Assembly (NCBI RefSeq): GCF_035594765.1
Contig: NC_085843.1
Coordinates: forward strand, 95,209,971-95,273,970
Source of the DNA: Anolis carolinensis
Taxonomy: Eukaryota
Length of the DNA: 64,000 bases
Reading direction: 5' to 3'
Shown: in pieces, positions 61,310 to 64,000 of the stretch
Position numbering within the stretch: position 1 is the first letter of the stretch
Layout of the letters: every line of letters begins with the position of its first letter
Notes under the pieces: model-generated
Told to the model about the DNA's origin: nothing
The model's database searches: none
Seen by the model: only the letters and a program-made list of their open reading frames with translations
Translations under genes and position numbers: made by a program

Positions 61310-62541
61310 TACGTAGTAACATAGTTATACATGGTGCTTTATAAGTAGAAGAATAACAAAATAGTCCCCTGTACTTTATCTTACAATCTAATAAGGCATG
61401 ACAAAAAGGGGGAAAGACTTGCAGTATGGAAATCCAGCCCCTTCTTTCTTTTGAGGCCAGGGAATTCGGAATAGAGGGTTGGCCCTTGTAAAGCGTGTGT
61501 GTGTGTGTGTCTATGGGTTGACCATGCATCAGAATCTAGTATATTCTAAAATATATATCATGGAAATATATATATTGGGTCATCCAAAGGATACAAAATA
61601 GATTGCACAAGATGTTGAGGCTCACACTTTTCTTCATTATGCTTGGATGTTAGTAGTCATTTTAGAGGAAGAAATGTTGCCCTAATAAAAGTGACACCTT
61701 AATATGTTTTGTCAATTTTACAACAGTAAATAAGCTTTTGAGATCTGCAGAATTCTTCATTGGGCTAGATCAACCTTCTTTGACATACTAGTCTTCATAT
61801 GTTTGGGACTGCAAACTTTGCATTTCCTGAATATTGGCCAGGCTTCCAAAGTTTGATGCAAATTGTTATACTGGACATCTGGAGATTCCCCAGTGGAAAG
61901 GAGATGGGTCTGTATGATAGAAACAGCAGAGGACACACAGGTTGAAATAACAACTACAAAACAATGACAGATATTGTGACTGTGAGGCCTGTGTTTTAGA
62001 TATAGTGTTCACATGGCAAATGCATGACTGCATGTATTGGTATTGCTTGATAGTGAAGGAGTTGATTTACACACAAGGTTGTGAGGTAAAGATGTTCCCA
62101 TTTTTGAAATCCTAAAAAGTAATCTATGCGCCAGATCTGTCTCAAGTCTTGAGAGAGCTATGTGAGTTCTTCAATAGGGAAAGAGTAAATGTAAGGAGAA
62201 TTTCTATGTATGAAGCTAGAATTGTGTGCATGGGAAACTGTTCTCACCCCCCAAGTCTTAGTATTAGCTTCAAGTGTCGCTATAGTGATTAGCTCAGGTC
62301 TCTCAATCCTCTTGTCATTCAGTTTCTGTTGTCTTCCTTTAACAAGGACGGAAATAATAGTGTGGCTGTGATGTAGCAATCAAATTTAAATAGAGGGGAA
62401 TAAATAATCAATTTTGCTCCCTTGCAACAAATATTGTAGATGCAAACAAACTACTTCCTGCCTTCGAAGAAAAAATGTTTAATATGGGGTGCTGTATGGC
62501 TGTGTTCTAACAGCATTTCCTCATGATGTTTCGCCTGCATC

Positions 62542-62807
62542 TTTTTTTTTTCATGTCAGGAGCAACTTGAGTCGCTTCTGGAGTGAGAGAATTGGCCGTC
62601 TGCAAGGATGTTGCCCAGGGGACGGCCGGATGTTTTGATGTTTTTACCATCCTTGTGGGAGGCTTCTTTCATGTCCTCGCATGGATCTGGAGCTGATAGA
62701 GGGAGCTCACCTGCACTCTCCCCGGGTGGGATTCAAACCTGGCAGCTTTCAGGTCAGCAACCCAACCTTCAAGTCACGAGGTTTTAGTCCACTATGCCAT
62801 CAGGGGC
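62542..62807 (-). mobile_element. tRNA-derived poly(A) SINE nested in a Penelope terminal fragment (~62490-62895); another Penelope piece at ~63170-63260
   Basis: Family homology; flanks rejoin as gtttcgcctgcatct|gtggctggcatc. Confidence 0.8.
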
Positions 62808-64000
62808 TGTGGCTGGCATCGTCAGAGGATCCGGACCATACAGCCTGGAAACCACACAACCCCCAGTGATTCCAGCTGTAAAAGCCTTCCACAATACAAT
62901 GTTTAATCTCGCTCCAGTCTTGAGGAAGGTGACTAATGTTAATTGAGAGTGGTTTTGCTTCCAATATTGAGCCACATATTGGGCTGTATAGATTATTTAT
63001 TGAATTAATTAACTATTCTTTAGTGGCTGATAAGAGGACTTTGGTTAGTTGAATGTGTTTACAGTTACTGTAGTTGCTTCTCTACTCTCTGAATATTCTT
63101 CTGCTTTTCTACAGGGGGAGCTATAGGATCAAATTCTGTAAGTCGGATGTTTTGTATAGTAACGTTCACGCTCAACTAGGCAAGTGGGATTTATGTGGAC
63201 CTGTGGAAGGTCCAGGGTGGGAGAAAGAAATCTTGTCTGTTAGAGGCAAGTGATGTTCGTGTTTTGAACATCCTGGCCTTCTTGCTTTCCTACAAATTTC
63301 TGACCAATTTCTGGAAAAACGAATGTGTTCTTAACATGACTTTAGTGAAACCAACTGTACATCCATCATTATACTTTTTTAAATGTAGTAATTCTTTTGT
63401 TTCTGTTACTGGTCAGACTTTTTCCGCTTTTAAATATGTCACTTATTAATGATTTTGTGCATCAATTTTCTGTACCACACATAATTTTCCTATTCTCTTA
63501 AAGAAGGTTGATCAGTGTAAAGGATTACATTGTGTGGCCATAATATAAAAAGTAACGGATATACAACCTTGAACTGAGTTGGTGCATTGAGAGACTTATT
63601 TGGGATCATAATTTTACAATCTGTGCATACTTCCACAGGAGTAAGTCTCTTTCAGTTTATTTATTTTGAAAGAAAGGATGGCTAAATCTGCTAAGAATGG
63701 AAAGCAATGTTTTTCAATCTGTGCTTTCTTGGAAGCTTATCGGGGTTTATTCATTTGCCTCTTCTTTCCAGACTTAGCTGCATACACCAGTGTGATTGAC
63801 ATACTAACCTCCAACAATGCAAACAAAGATAAACTACAGCACTGATCAAACTGAAGTTCAGTAACGGTCAACAAATTTCTCTGAAAGATGGTTTGGCCAA
63901 CTTCTGCCTTCTACTATGTAGCCATATATGTTTTCAAAGATGGTTCCTGGGTTTGTACAGAGCAACAATAGGTCCTAATATGCCTTCGAAAAATCTATAA

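Overview
Vertebrate genomic DNA, most likely a squamate and probably Anolis, judged from its Sauria SINE, Penelope, BovB, L2 and MITE repertoire. The window holds the gene block known from human Xp22.11, read here as EIF2S3 (minus, exons 1-4 only), KLHL15 (plus, complete 604-aa CDS in two coding exons), a CXorf58 orthologue (minus, complete 8-exon 347-aa model built by hand and mostly invisible in the ORF track) and APOO (plus, first coding exon MFK only). Introns and intergenic DNA are dense with transposons, many of them nested. Best candidates for something new: (i) a perfect-TISU upstream AUG in the KLHL15 first exon whose uORF outcome depends on 5'UTR splicing (22-aa uORF versus a 79-aa ORF overlapping the KLHL15 start); (ii) a ~650-bp GC-rich palindrome carried inside a Tc1/mariner-type element in a KLHL15 5' intron; (iii) a near-intact single-ORF L2 element with a signal-peptide-like leader; (iv) several DNA-repair or insertion oddities (templated insertion in a MITE, fold-back BovB end, same-site insertions in two sister elements). 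Gene identities rest on my recall of the human proteins, not on a database search. Repeat boundaries are approximate unless TSDs are quoted.
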